Part shown: positions 1 through 10,024 of the stretch, one piece after another
How the letters are laid out: every line of letters begins with the position of its first letter
Numbering within the stretch: the first letter of the stretch is position 1
Assembly: GCA_963754875.1 (NCBI GenBank)
Contig: CAVWHO010000008.1
Coordinates: 320,001-384,000 of the forward strand
DNA: 64,000 nt
Reading direction: 5' to 3'
Source: Nitrospirota bacterium
GTDB taxonomy: Bacteria; Nitrospirota; UBA9217
Notes under the pieces: model-generated
Database searches by the model: none
What the model was told of the DNA's origin: nothing
The model's input: only the letters and a program-made list of their open reading frames with translations
Position numbers and translations under genes: made by a program

Positions 1-925
1 CAGCGATCGCATACAACCCTACGAAAATGGGGAAATTGATGACCGACGTAAGGACTATGCTTTTCTTGAGCATGTTGACTAATTCGTCTTTTTTATCCTG
101 AATGCGGCTGAATGATGAATACAGAACATTATTGATGTTCGATGAAATGCTCTCGGTCGGCATCTGGCTGAGGCTTTTGGATTTATCATAGATGCCGAGG
201 ATTGACGTGCCTAAATATCTCCCCACGATCAATCGATCCAGGCGGGTGCTGAAGAAATAGAGTTGCGAACGGACAAAACTCCAAACACCGTAATTGAACA
301 AATCTTTTAATGCACTGTACCTGAACGACAGCGCGGGTTTCCGCTCCATCTTCACAATCAAATAGATGGCGGCAAGCGAAAGCGGGACCAATTGCCCCCA
401 TACGATCGACCAGTATTTAAAGCCAAGGTAGGCAAGTACCACTGTAATGGTGGACATGCATGTTTCTTTGACGGTATCGACGAGGGTAACGACCTTGAAG
501 TTAAGTTCTCTTCGGAAAAGAGTATACGGCAGGTCGTAAAAAGTGGTTATCACGAAGGTAAGCGACATTACCCGTATCACCGGGACACTCTCCGGCGAAT
601 GAAAGAAGGCGGCAATTGCAGGCGCCAGAAAATAGAACAGGCAGGCCATGAAAAGAGAAATCGTCAGGTCCGCAGTGAAGACGGAGCTGATGTGCTCGTC
701 TGTGATTTCCTTCCGCTGCACGAGCGCGCTCTTGAAACCCAAATTGGTCAGCGTATTGGAATAGAATATGATCATCGTCGCAATGGATACGATCCCGAAG
801 TCCTTGGGGTCCAACAATCTCGCAACGACGATAGAGACGCCGAAACGGAATACTTCGTAGGGAATCTTGAACGACAGATTCCAGTACATGCTCGAACGGG
901 TCTTTTTTCCGATATCATTGCTCAT
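1..925 (-). CDS. wzx: Wzx/PST-family polysaccharide flippase, runs off window start
   Basis: Absent from ORF track because no stop lies in the window. Read by hand from ATG at 925 (ATGA overlap with asnB stop): MSNDIGKKTRSSMYWNLSFKIPYEVFRFGVSIVVARLLDPKDFGIVSIA, a typical WzxC-like N-terminus. Confidence 0.88.
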   Translation of the reverse strand, partial: MSNDIGKKTRSSMYWNLSFKIPYEVFRFGVSIVVARLLDPKDFGIVSIATMIIFYSNTLTNLGFKSALVQRKEITDEHISSVFTADLTISLFMACLFYFLAPAIAAFFHSPESVPVIRVMSLTFVITTFYDLPYTLFRRELNFKVVTLVDTVKETCMSTITVVLAYLGFKYWSIVWGQLVPLSLAAIYLIVKMERKPALSFRYSALKDLFNYGVWSFVRSQLYFFSTRLDRLIVGRYLGTSILGIYDKSKSLSQMPTESISSNINNVLYSSFSRIQDKKDELVNMLKKSIVLTSVINFPIFVGLYAIA

Positions 926-2916
926 ACGCCGCTGGTCCTTGACAACGGGACGTGCTCCATGCCGTTCACCGCTGCCCTTCCTTCATCATGCCGTCCTGAC
1001 GGGCTGTGCACTTCCGGAAGCTCCGGTCTTCCGGAATAGGCGTCGAACCATTTCTGGAAAATGACGAGCGACCAGATAAGCGTGTCATGGATCTCCTTCC
1101 CGCTGAAATGTTCGTCCGTGATCCTTTTCACGGTCTGGGCGTTCAGGAGGCCGTGCTTGTTCAGGTTCTTCTCATTTAGTGTGTCCAGCACATATTGTTT
1201 CAAGTCTGTCTGGAGCCAGCGCGTCATAGGCCCCACGAAGCCCTGTTTCCGGTGGTCGATGACCTCTCTCGGCAAAAGCGGCGCCACCGCTTTTTTGAGA
1301 AGATATTTTTTCCTGAACCATTTCAATTTCATTTCAGGAGGGATCGTGGAGCAGAATTCGAGCACTTTGTGGTCTACGAAGGGGACCCTCACTTCCAGGG
1401 CGTGGTACATGCTCATCCTGTCGGTCACTGTCAGGATATCGTCGGGCAGATAGGTTTTGATGTCGCAGTAGAGGACCCTGTTTAATGAGTCGTGGGTGTC
1501 CTGCACCTGGGGAGAGTTGAAATAGCCGAGCATGAGTTCCTTGCATGACTCGTGGTGTTTCTGAAACCGTCCGGCATCGGAGAACAAGGACCCCTGTAGT
1601 GAAGGATTCCACCGCGAAATATAGCCGAAGTAGGCGGTATCAGCGGACAAAGCGCTCGAACGGACGAAGCGCTTCATGTGGTTTATCGTGTAGTGTCCAT
1701 CAGGCCTCTCAGCCAATCCTTCGACGAACTTTTGAATGAGGCTCCCGCGTACGAAGCCAGGCAACCGGTTATACAGCCCGCGCAGCCTGAACCCGAGATA
1801 ACGCTCGTACCCTCCAAAGGCCTCGTCGCCGCCCAGGCCGGACAGGGCGACCGTGACGTTTTCCCGCGCTATCTTGCACACATAATAGGAAGGAATGGCG
1901 GAATCATCGGCAAAGGGCTCATCGAAGGATCGAACGATCTTTTCAACGATGCCCTGCGGTTCCGGCAGTACTTCGTACTCGTGATGGTTGGTCGCGTACC
2001 GCTCTGCGACCATTCTGGCATAGCACCGTTCGTCCAGGTAGCCGCCGGTGTCCCCGCCGAACCCGATGGAGAACGTATTGACCCGGCCCTTGTTGGCGGC
2101 GCTCATCATAGCAACCACGGCGCTCGAATCTATCCCGCCGCTTAAGAAGGCGCCGAGGGGGACGTCACTGACCAGATGGGCCTGGACCGAACCCTGCAAG
2201 AGGTCCATGAATCCGTTGATGAATTCCTTTTCCGTCTTGCCCCTGTCCGGAACGACGGAAAGGTCCCAGTATTTGCGGATCGTAAACCTGCCGTCCTGCC
2301 AGGTCAAAGTGTGACCCGGCAGCAGCTTACGGATACCCTTGAAAATGGTGAGCGGAGCCGGGATGTAGGAGAGCGTGAAATAACAGGCGATCGCCTCCTC
2401 ATCCATGTCCCTCTCGACCTCTCCGCTTGCAAGAATCGCCTTCATTTCCGAGGCAAAATACAGCCGTCCGTTCCGGGCGGCGTAAAAGAGCGGCTTGATG
2501 CCGAACCGGTCCCGTGCAAGAAACAGTTTTTTTCGCTTCTTGTCCCAGACGGCGAAGGCAAACATGCCGCGGAAACGCTCGACGCTGCGTTCGCCCCATT
2601 CTTCATAGGCATGGAGAATGGTTTCAGTGTCGCTTTTTGTCGCGAACACATGCCCTTTCCCTATCAATTCGTCCCGGAGCTCCAGGAAATTATAAATCTC
2701 CCCGTTAAAGACGACGCACTGCGACCGGTCTTCGTTGAACATGGGCTGCTGGCCTGACGACAGGTCGATGATGCTGAGCCGCCGGTGTCCCAAACCGACA
2801 TGGTCGTCGTGATAGGTCCCGCCCTCGTCAGGCCCCCGGTGGAACAGCGTGTTCGTTGCCTGCTCCAGGGGAAAGCCTTTTACGTTGTCAGATGCTACGC
2901 CGAAAATTCCGCACAT
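922..2916 (-). CDS. asnB: Asparagine synthase (glutamine-hydrolysing) family amidotransferase, copy 1
   Basis: MCGIFG Ntn cysteine, HRRLSIIDL, FNGEIYNF, LSGGIDSS, SGLGGDE, EVRVPFVD. Confidence 0.95.
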   Translation of the reverse strand: MCGIFGVASDNVKGFPLEQATNTLFHRGPDEGGTYHDDHVGLGHRRLSIIDLSSGQQPMFNEDRSQCVVFNGEIYNFLELRDELIGKGHVFATKSDTETILHAYEEWGERSVERFRGMFAFAVWDKKRKKLFLARDRFGIKPLFYAARNGRLYFASEMKAILASGEVERDMDEEAIACYFTLSYIPAPLTIFKGIRKLLPGHTLTWQDGRFTIRKYWDLSVVPDRGKTEKEFINGFMDLLQGSVQAHLVSDVPLGAFLSGGIDSSAVVAMMSAANKGRVNTFSIGFGGDTGGYLDERCYARMVAERYATNHHEYEVLPEPQGIVEKIVRSFDEPFADDSAIPSYYVCKIARENVTVALSGLGGDEAFGGYERYLGFRLRGLYNRLPGFVRGSLIQKFVEGLAERPDGHYTINHMKRFVRSSALSADTAYFGYISRWNPSLQGSLFSDAGRFQKHHESCKELMLGYFNSPQVQDTHDSLNRVLYCDIKTYLPDDILTVTDRMSMYHALEVRVPFVDHKVLEFCSTIPPEMKLKWFRKKYLLKKAVAPLLPREVIDHRKQGFVGPMTRWLQTDLKQYVLDTLNEKNLNKHGLLNAQTVKRITDEHFSGKEIHDTLIWSLVIFQKWFDAYSGRPELPEVHSPSGRHDEGRAAVNGMEHVPLSRTSGV

Positions 2917-2925
2917 AGGATTGTC

Positions 2926-5031
2926 TCAATTCCGGACCGCGGCCTTGTTCCACTCGTAGGCAATAACTTTTTCGTACGTTTCCCGCATGGTGGAGGGCGG
3001 CGTCCATTTCAGCTCGTTCCGGATCCTGGATGCATCATAGGATATATTCTTCTGCGATGACACGAGGCGGTACCGTGTGAGAAAGGGGTTCCTCTTCAGC
3101 ATCCCGACCATGATCTCCTGCAGATAGACGATCCCGTAAAACACAGTGTAGGGTATGTAGAGGTATTTTGCCTTGGGATAAAGCCTTTTCAGGAACGACT
3201 CCACATACTGTTTTTTGGTCGGGAGTTCGCCGTCCACGACATTGTAAATTCTCCCATTGCTCTCGCTCTTCTGCATGACTGCAACGATCGCATCCACAAG
3301 GTTGTCGATGCTGACGAGCGGCAGAACGAAATCGCCCCGTCCGATGATGGCAAACAGTTTGCGGCCCGCGGAAAGACCCATCATGGGCGTAAAGATGTCG
3401 CCGCCGGGGCCGAAATACGTTCCGGGCCGGAGGCAAACGATCGGCAGCCGCCCATCCTCCATGGCCTCGGTAATGATCTGTTCAGCTTTGAGTTTTGCCA
3501 GGGAGTAATGTCCCCTGAGTTCCGGGAACCGCTCAAGAGACGATTCCTCGGTCACCAAGTCCCCTTTCTTGTAATCTGCGACGCCGTAGACGCTGCAGGA
3601 GCTGATATAAACGAGTTTCTTCACCGCGAACTGCCGGCAAAGATCGATGACGTTTTTCGTGCCCTGGATGGTGCTCAATTCTCCCGCTTTCGCGTTTCCG
3701 GCCGTGTCAGCGGCCGCATGGATGACCAGATTGATCCCTTCAAACGCCGCTGACAGGGACACACGGTCCGCCACGTCGCCGAAGAAGATTTCAACTCCGA
3801 GGTTTTTCAGGTGGTCGATCTTCGACAATTTTCTCGCCAGAACCCGCACGGGATAACCTTCCACAATCAGTCGTTGGATCAGCTGACTGCCCAAAAAGCC
3901 CGTCCCGCCCGTTACCAGGACCTTTTCCTTCTGCTTGAAAGCATACGGTTTCGCGGGAACGATCGGTGAGAAGTCGAATGTTTTCGGAGGCACTTGTCTC
4001 CAGATCTCATCCATCGTTTCCAGAACCAGAAGGGCCTGCTCCCGGGTCACGGGAATTTCTCCTTTTCCCTGGAGAAAATCGTAAAACCGGTGAATGAGGA
4101 CCTGCATCCCCTGGTAGGGCTTCAGCTTGCCCCGTACGAAGTTGACAACATTGGATGTCGTTGATTTGAACAGTTGCCAGCTCTCCGCGAGGTTGTACGT
4201 CGCCTTTTGGGCGGCTTTGGGAAGCGAACTGAGCGGATGCATCACATTTACCATCGTATTGAAGTCTACTTCCGCCATCATGCTCGTGCCGTAGATCCTG
4301 ACGAAATGGAGATGCGGTTTTGCCGCGAATGAGAACGTAAGCGTCCCGAAGGCTTTCTCGCCGTTGATCAGGATCCTGAGCTCGTCCGGGATGCAGTGGG
4401 GCAGCGTACCGCAGGTCCTGTGCATCACCTTGATCTCTTTCGGCTTCCCCGTGTAATCGAGCATCACGTACAGCGGGTGTGCCATGAAATCATGATACAC
4501 CCCCCCCGGCATGGTATACAACCAGGGAAGAACGTTTGGCGCCGGATAGTCCCTGAATGCAGGAATTTGCGTATTCAGACCATAATAGCTCTCAACGTTC
4601 ATGATCTTGCCGAAGTCCCCTTTTTTAACGCGTTCATGGACGCCGGAAAAACAAGGATCGAAGAAATGATTGTGCATGGTACAAAGCTTGACGCCGTATT
4701 GTTCCGCCAGATCATACAGTTCCTTAGCCTCGGAAAGACTGAGCGCCAGGGGCTTTTCAACAAGGACGTTGCATTTCATCGTAATCGCCTCTTTTGCCAG
4801 GGCAGCGTGGGTCTTCGGCGGAGTTACGATGTGAATAACGTCCGGTTTTTTCTGCTCGATGAGGTCCTTGATGGAGCCAAACACTGCCGGGATGCCGTAC
4901 TTTTGAGCGCACTCATTTGCCTTTTGCGCATCTTTATCCACGATGCCGACGATCTCGGCGCCGGGATAGGACCGTGCGAAGTTGATGTGGTAGTCAGAAT
5001 TCAGGCCGCAGCCTACAATGCCGATTTTCAT
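2926..5031 (-). CDS. Gfo/Idh/MocA oxidoreductase fused to NAD-dependent epimerase/dehydratase (extended SDR)
   Basis: N-half MKIGIVGCG and VEKPLA; C-half VTGGTGFLG and YSLAK. Alternative start at 5058. Confidence 0.88.
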   Translation of the reverse strand: MKIGIVGCGLNSDYHINFARSYPGAEIVGIVDKDAQKANECAQKYGIPAVFGSIKDLIEQKKPDVIHIVTPPKTHAALAKEAITMKCNVLVEKPLALSLSEAKELYDLAEQYGVKLCTMHNHFFDPCFSGVHERVKKGDFGKIMNVESYYGLNTQIPAFRDYPAPNVLPWLYTMPGGVYHDFMAHPLYVMLDYTGKPKEIKVMHRTCGTLPHCIPDELRILINGEKAFGTLTFSFAAKPHLHFVRIYGTSMMAEVDFNTMVNVMHPLSSLPKAAQKATYNLAESWQLFKSTTSNVVNFVRGKLKPYQGMQVLIHRFYDFLQGKGEIPVTREQALLVLETMDEIWRQVPPKTFDFSPIVPAKPYAFKQKEKVLVTGGTGFLGSQLIQRLIVEGYPVRVLARKLSKIDHLKNLGVEIFFGDVADRVSLSAAFEGINLVIHAAADTAGNAKAGELSTIQGTKNVIDLCRQFAVKKLVYISSCSVYGVADYKKGDLVTEESSLERFPELRGHYSLAKLKAEQIITEAMEDGRLPIVCLRPGTYFGPGGDIFTPMMGLSAGRKLFAIIGRGDFVLPLVSIDNLVDAIVAVMQKSESNGRIYNVVDGELPTKKQYVESFLKRLYPKAKYLYIPYTVFYGIVYLQEIMVGMLKRNPFLTRYRLVSSQKNISYDASRIRNELKWTPPSTMRETYEKVIAYEWNKAAVRN

Positions 5032-5057
5032 GTTATCATTCCCTCTTTCTCTAATCA

Positions 5058-6314
5058 TTATTTCTGCCGAATGCTTTTGGCGGACTCAATTTTCTCTGAC
5101 TCATTGTTCGGGATGTGCCGTTCAGTCCGTATCCACTTCTTGCCGCGGTAGATGCCGGTCATGCTCACAAAATCGATCATAAATTTCCACACGAGAAAAA
5201 GCGGGGCAATTAAGATTGCCTTGAATACCTGCCAGACGTCCCCTGCAAGCGCCATCCCGATGAGCAGAATAATTCCCTGTGCGCCGAGCATAGCAAGACT
5301 CAGAATAATCGACGCTGATTTGACAACAGAGGGGGGAAGCACCAAACTCACACAGAAAGCCACAAGGATCAGATTTATCTGCAGCGACCAGTTAGGGAAC
5401 AACAGCGCCAGGGACGCGTCTACCATGGTCCAATTCCTGTCACGCAGCCCCCGGAATAGGAGGTTCAACCCGAGATTTTTGATGACATAAAACCGTCCTT
5501 TGGACCACCGCAAACGCTGGGTCGTGGCCTGTTTGAGCGATCGTGATTCCTGTTGCAGAACAACGGCTCCCACGGCAAAATCAATCTTTTTCCCGAGCCC
5601 GATCAATTTGGCAAAATATTCCCAGTCCTCAGAAAGCGTAAAGGCAGTCCAGGCCTGTTCCTGCAAGAGACTGGTCTTAAAACACATTCCGGTCCCCATT
5701 AAATACGCGGAAAGACCGAGTTTATATTTGGCAAAATGATAAAGCATATTGTTGATCGTACGAGAAACATAAATCAGCTGGGTAAACCAGCTTTCATGGC
5801 GATTCGGAACTTTGATGTAACACTGGATAGCCTCAGAACCGTGAGAGATCATCGTATTAAGGTTTTGAAGAATTGCAGGCTCCACTGTTGTGTCCGCATC
5901 CAGAATCAGGACAGCGTCGAACGCGCTCATATCAATTTGCTCAAAGGCCCATTTGAGCGCATATCCTTTTCCGGTATCGGCCTTATTAAAACGGCGCAAT
6001 ACCGTTACGGGATAGGAGCTGCATATCTCAGCCGTTCTGTCGCTGCAATTGTCGGCTATAATATAGACCTCGCGCATGCTTGCTGGGTAGTCTACCTGCA
6101 AGATGTTTTTACAGAATTTATCGATAAGCAGTTCTTCGTTATGGGCCGGCACGACGATAGCGAACCTCGTGCGAGGTTGAGCGGGCGTCTGCGCCTTCCT
6201 CCGTACCAGCAAATAAGACGCGGCTAGAGCAAGATGATACAAAACGCTCACGGCCAAATAGGCGATAAGGATGATCAGAAAACTTTGAACTATTATGTTA
6301 ACGAAAGTGGCCAT
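5058..6314 (-). CDS. GT2 family glycosyltransferase with membrane segments
   Basis: VVPAHNEE, DNCSD, LDAD, SED and QRLRW motifs; N- and C-terminal TM helices. Confidence 0.92.
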   Translation of the reverse strand: MATFVNIIVQSFLIILIAYLAVSVLYHLALAASYLLVRRKAQTPAQPRTRFAIVVPAHNEELLIDKFCKNILQVDYPASMREVYIIADNCSDRTAEICSSYPVTVLRRFNKADTGKGYALKWAFEQIDMSAFDAVLILDADTTVEPAILQNLNTMISHGSEAIQCYIKVPNRHESWFTQLIYVSRTINNMLYHFAKYKLGLSAYLMGTGMCFKTSLLQEQAWTAFTLSEDWEYFAKLIGLGKKIDFAVGAVVLQQESRSLKQATTQRLRWSKGRFYVIKNLGLNLLFRGLRDRNWTMVDASLALLFPNWSLQINLILVAFCVSLVLPPSVVKSASIILSLAMLGAQGIILLIGMALAGDVWQVFKAILIAPLFLVWKFMIDFVSMTGIYRGKKWIRTERHIPNNESEKIESAKSIRQK

Positions 6315-7641
6315 ATCTTTTCAGAGAGGCTCTTGCCGAGTTTGCCTGTCGTAAAACGGGTGCTTCATTTGTGACGGCTTTCTCCGGCAGGACCGGTTCT
6401 TTCCTTTCTTGCGGAGTGTTTGCAACATTTATATATGCCCATGATGTGCCGATGAGAAAAAAGATAAGGTTTCCATAGGCCACGGAGAGCAACGAACCGC
6501 TTACAATAAAACCGGTCCACGAGCCGATTAACGAACACGCCGTGGTAAGACCAAGATTCAGCTTTTGTTTCGGCTGTTCCGGGGAATCTTCTCCAGCATG
6601 AGCATGCAGAACATATCGCGCCGCAGCTGCCTTTCTAAGATGTGCAATCGTACTCAGTATGATGAAGCAAAAGGCAATTAACCCGGGAAAACCAAGTTCA
6701 GCACCGACCTGGATAAAGGAATTATGCGCGGCTTGCCATTGTCCCTCATCCATCCTGAAGGTCCTCCCCAAACCGGTTTCAAAAGAAGCTACGCCTACAC
6801 CAAGTAAAGGGTTGAAAACCATAAGGGACAAGCCCTGTTTCCAGATCGTCAACCTTCCGCTGCTCGATGTATAGTTATATTCGCTTGACGTATCGAATAT
6901 CGTCGATATCCTCTGTTTATATTGTTCGCCTCCCGCAAAGTACAAAACGCCAATGACTAGCACAATGCTCGCTGCAATTTTAAAGTTGAAGATATTTATG
7001 TTGGTTGCACGTTTGTATTGATAGACGCTCACGAGCGTAACGGCGACGAGCCCCAAAAAACCTCCCCTCGAAGACGTTTCCACGATTCCCAGCACGAGAA
7101 GACCTAACAGGCATGCCATCAATATCTTCTTGAACCCGCGCAATGTCATCATTTTCCAGAAAATAAAAGGGACCGCAAGCACAAAAAGAAGCGCATTTTC
7201 ATTAGGATCATATTCCGTCACTACTGAAAATCTGCCCGTGTGGCTGCTGATTAAAGCAATTACACCAAAAATGCCGACGGCGAGGATGAATGCCCAGATC
7301 ATTTTATCGAGGGATTCCTCTGTATTGCCATAAGCAAGAATGAGGCAGAGGGAAATCAGCATTTTCCATAGATGATCCGTCAGGAAACTGAAGCCTTCAG
7401 TGGGATAGATGGAAAAAGGGACCGAGACCACCATCCAGACGACCAGAAACAGTAATGCTTTTCCTCGGGAGGAGTTAAAACTCTTTATTATGTTTTTAGC
7501 CAACCCGGGTGCAAAGAGCAGCCCGACAAAAGGAATTAAAATCATGATTTTCTGAAACATGATTGCCGACAGTGCCGGAACCAGGGATTGGATCTTGCAG
7601 ATATCGGAAAATATGGATATGAGAACAGTTTTAAATAACAT
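6298..7641 (-). CDS. O-antigen ligase/Wzy polymerase family membrane protein
   Basis: Multi-TM; DPNENAL, TSSRGGFLG, GRLTIW, AAHNSFIQVGAELG. Confidence 0.88.
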   Translation of the reverse strand: MLFKTVLISIFSDICKIQSLVPALSAIMFQKIMILIPFVGLLFAPGLAKNIIKSFNSSRGKALLFLVVWMVVSVPFSIYPTEGFSFLTDHLWKMLISLCLILAYGNTEESLDKMIWAFILAVGIFGVIALISSHTGRFSVVTEYDPNENALLFVLAVPFIFWKMMTLRGFKKILMACLLGLLVLGIVETSSRGGFLGLVAVTLVSVYQYKRATNINIFNFKIAASIVLVIGVLYFAGGEQYKQRISTIFDTSSEYNYTSSSGRLTIWKQGLSLMVFNPLLGVGVASFETGLGRTFRMDEGQWQAAHNSFIQVGAELGFPGLIAFCFIILSTIAHLRKAAAARYVLHAHAGEDSPEQPKQKLNLGLTTACSLIGSWTGFIVSGSLLSVAYGNLIFFLIGTSWAYINVANTPQERKEPVLPEKAVTNEAPVLRQANSARASLKRYGHFR

Positions 7642-7649
7642 GGTTTAAC

Positions 7650-8780
7650 TCACGAGCGGGATACGCTCTCCAACTTTTCATTTATTTTGTTCATGGTATT
7701 CATGAGTGGTGTTTCATAAAAGGGAACGAGTCTCAGGTTGGCGAAAACAGTCCCGACAACGGGGCTCACCTTTCTGCTCACTCTCTGATGTTGAGAGAAA
7801 AACCAGATAATGAGATATTTCAACGTATAGATGTGCGTGAACAAAAGAAACCGTTCCTTGTCGTATTCCGTGATCGCTGAATAGGTTTCCATGAATCTGT
7901 CGCACAGCGGCCCTTCGGCGCGTCGAAAATCGTAAAAGGGATAAAAGGGGAAGTTATTGATGGCCGTCATGCTCGCGAGAAAACGGCCTATGTCCTCGAA
8001 AATGGGCGTATCATCAATCCCGAGAATATCGATCACGCTAATTCTGTTATTGTCCAGATAAACGTGCCCCGGCGTAAAATCCCAGTGCCACTTAGCGCAT
8101 GGCAGGTCGTATTTATTGTCAAGAAAAGCAAGGTTATCCATCACCTGGTCCAGTTGACGGATCGTGTCTTTGCTGAAGTTGAATTTTCTAAAAGAAAAAT
8201 AGTCGAAGTCCTCATTAATGCCGTCGAGAATCGTCTTGTGGTCGAATTGAGTGCTTTTTTTTGATCTCGTAATTTCATGAAATGCCGATAACCAGCGTGC
8301 GGAGCCCGCCACGATTGAGAAAAGGCCGGAGAGCGCGGAATCACTCCGGCGCTTTGAATTATTTTTCAACAAGTACGGTTTGAAATTTCTGGTACCCACG
8401 GATTCCATGGAATAAGCATTGAACTCGGGATAATAATCGAGGGGACGGGAAACATGACAATCGTCGTGGACCAGGGGCATTTTGTCATACAGTATTTGCA
8501 GTGTTTCATATTCCAGGAGCGCAGGGTTCATGGTCGGGAAAATCGGGCACAATTTAATGAAAATGACGCGCGGAACTGAACGGTCAGCCGGCCGGATTTC
8601 GAACCTAAACGTCCGTGCGGTTTCCTGGCCGCCCCACGGTTTCCCCGCAATGCTTACCCGCGCCGGCGTTAAATCGGCGTAATAGTTCTCCACCTTGTCC
8701 TGCAGTTCACGGGAAAAACAATCAACAAGATGTTCGTCCGAATACTGCCAATGAAAATTTTCACCGCTCGTAGCATTCAT
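7650..8780 (-). CDS. Protein-kinase-like (APH/choline kinase-type) phosphotransferase
   Basis: IFIKL, WHWDFTPGHV and VIDILG...EDIGRF motifs. Start trimmed to MNATS (8780) to avoid overlap with the upstream gene. Confidence 0.65.
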   Translation of the reverse strand: MNATSGENFHWQYSDEHLVDCFSRELQDKVENYYADLTPARVSIAGKPWGGQETARTFRFEIRPADRSVPRVIFIKLCPIFPTMNPALLEYETLQILYDKMPLVHDDCHVSRPLDYYPEFNAYSMESVGTRNFKPYLLKNNSKRRSDSALSGLFSIVAGSARWLSAFHEITRSKKSTQFDHKTILDGINEDFDYFSFRKFNFSKDTIRQLDQVMDNLAFLDNKYDLPCAKWHWDFTPGHVYLDNNRISVIDILGIDDTPIFEDIGRFLASMTAINNFPFYPFYDFRRAEGPLCDRFMETYSAITEYDKERFLLFTHIYTLKYLIIWFFSQHQRVSRKVSPVVGTVFANLRLVPFYETPLMNTMNKINEKLESVSRS

Positions 8781-8794
8781 AATAAAAACGTTCC

Positions 8795-9346
8795 CTATTG
8801 GGAGAATATTCTCGCCGGGTTCCCCGCCACGACGCTTCCGGGTTTCACGGACATGGTCACGATTGATCCAGGGGCAATGATAACATCGTCTCCGATTGTC
8901 GTACCTTTTAGGATAGAACTGCGCGCGCCCATGCAAACGCGATTTCCAACCGTTACCCTGCACTTATCCTCTTTTTCATTGACCGGCGTTCCCCGGTCTC
9001 TCGCGATAGAATGGTAATCAGTATCCATGATGCCCGCTTCCTCGATCAGAACATTGTTGCCGATAATAACCTGGAATTTCGCCGCAATTCTTGCCGCGTA
9101 TAAGGAAGCATCGTCTCCTATTCGAAGAACGGCTGCCGGATTGAGCGTTTCGAGGCAAACATACTGGCTCGAATCCCCCGGTATTCCAGCCATGATGCAA
9201 TTCTCTCCGATTTCAATTCTGCCGGTCCCCGAGATGTTAACTTTCTTATATATTCTCAGGCCGCGGCCAATTTTCACATTCATGCCCTTTAATCTGCATA
9301 GGGTAACAAAAATGCGGCCCCGCAAGAGCGCCAGAAAATCCCTCAT
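8795..9346 (-). CDS. Hexapeptide-repeat acyltransferase
   Basis: DTDYH, VTVGNRVCMGARSSILKGTTIGDDVIIAPGSIV, VAGNPAR. Confidence 0.92.
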   Translation of the reverse strand: MRDFLALLRGRIFVTLCRLKGMNVKIGRGLRIYKKVNISGTGRIEIGENCIMAGIPGDSSQYVCLETLNPAAVLRIGDDASLYAARIAAKFQVIIGNNVLIEEAGIMDTDYHSIARDRGTPVNEKEDKCRVTVGNRVCMGARSSILKGTTIGDDVIIAPGSIVTMSVKPGSVVAGNPARIFSQ

Positions 9347-9981
9347 AGCTCTCCTTTCAGTCGCAACAGTTTATCGATCGGGATTGCGCTTCTAGCCGGA
9401 TTTCCCATGATGAGGACATAGTCCTGGTAGACCGCGTCATGGCACCAGGATCCCGATGAAAGGACGCAGTCATCGCCGATCGTGCTCCCGTTCATGACAA
9501 AACAGGCCTCTCCCAACCATACGTTTTCCCCTATGGTAATATTCTGCGGACGGGGCAGACGACGATGCATATCTTCGCTGATCCTATCGTGTGTCATAAG
9601 AAACGAGTCCTGTACGAGGGATATTGCCGTCATCGCCCTTTCACCGATTGCAATCGCTCCATGACAGCGTATGGTCGTGCCGCCGAGCAGACATTTGTTT
9701 CCTATCGTGACAATGGCATCCCGGGAGTGCGTGAGAATCGTCAGCCCCTTAAAAGCATTTTTCATAACCCTGCAACCCTTGCCAATGGTTACGGTCCCCG
9801 GCCCGATGATTCTCACCTTCGCATTGACAATAAAGGGGAACCCGATCCTCACATTGTTTCTGAAAATTCTGTAATAAAATAAATAGCTGAGTCCCCGGAA
9901 AAGTCCTACCGCGTAGGAGAGAACATCCTCGGGGTTCTCGATGACTTTCTTCACGAAACTTTTTATTTTATCTATCGACAT
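9343..9981 (-). CDS. Hexapeptide-repeat acyltransferase
   Basis: ITIGENVWLGEACFVMNGSTIGDDCVL, MGNPAR. Confidence 0.9.
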   Translation of the reverse strand: MSIDKIKSFVKKVIENPEDVLSYAVGLFRGLSYLFYYRIFRNNVRIGFPFIVNAKVRIIGPGTVTIGKGCRVMKNAFKGLTILTHSRDAIVTIGNKCLLGGTTIRCHGAIAIGERAMTAISLVQDSFLMTHDRISEDMHRRLPRPQNITIGENVWLGEACFVMNGSTIGDDCVLSSGSWCHDAVYQDYVLIMGNPARSAIPIDKLLRLKGEL

Positions 9982-10024
9982 GAGGTTTCACTCAGCAGCA
10001 TTAATTAATTGTAAAGAGGCGTCT

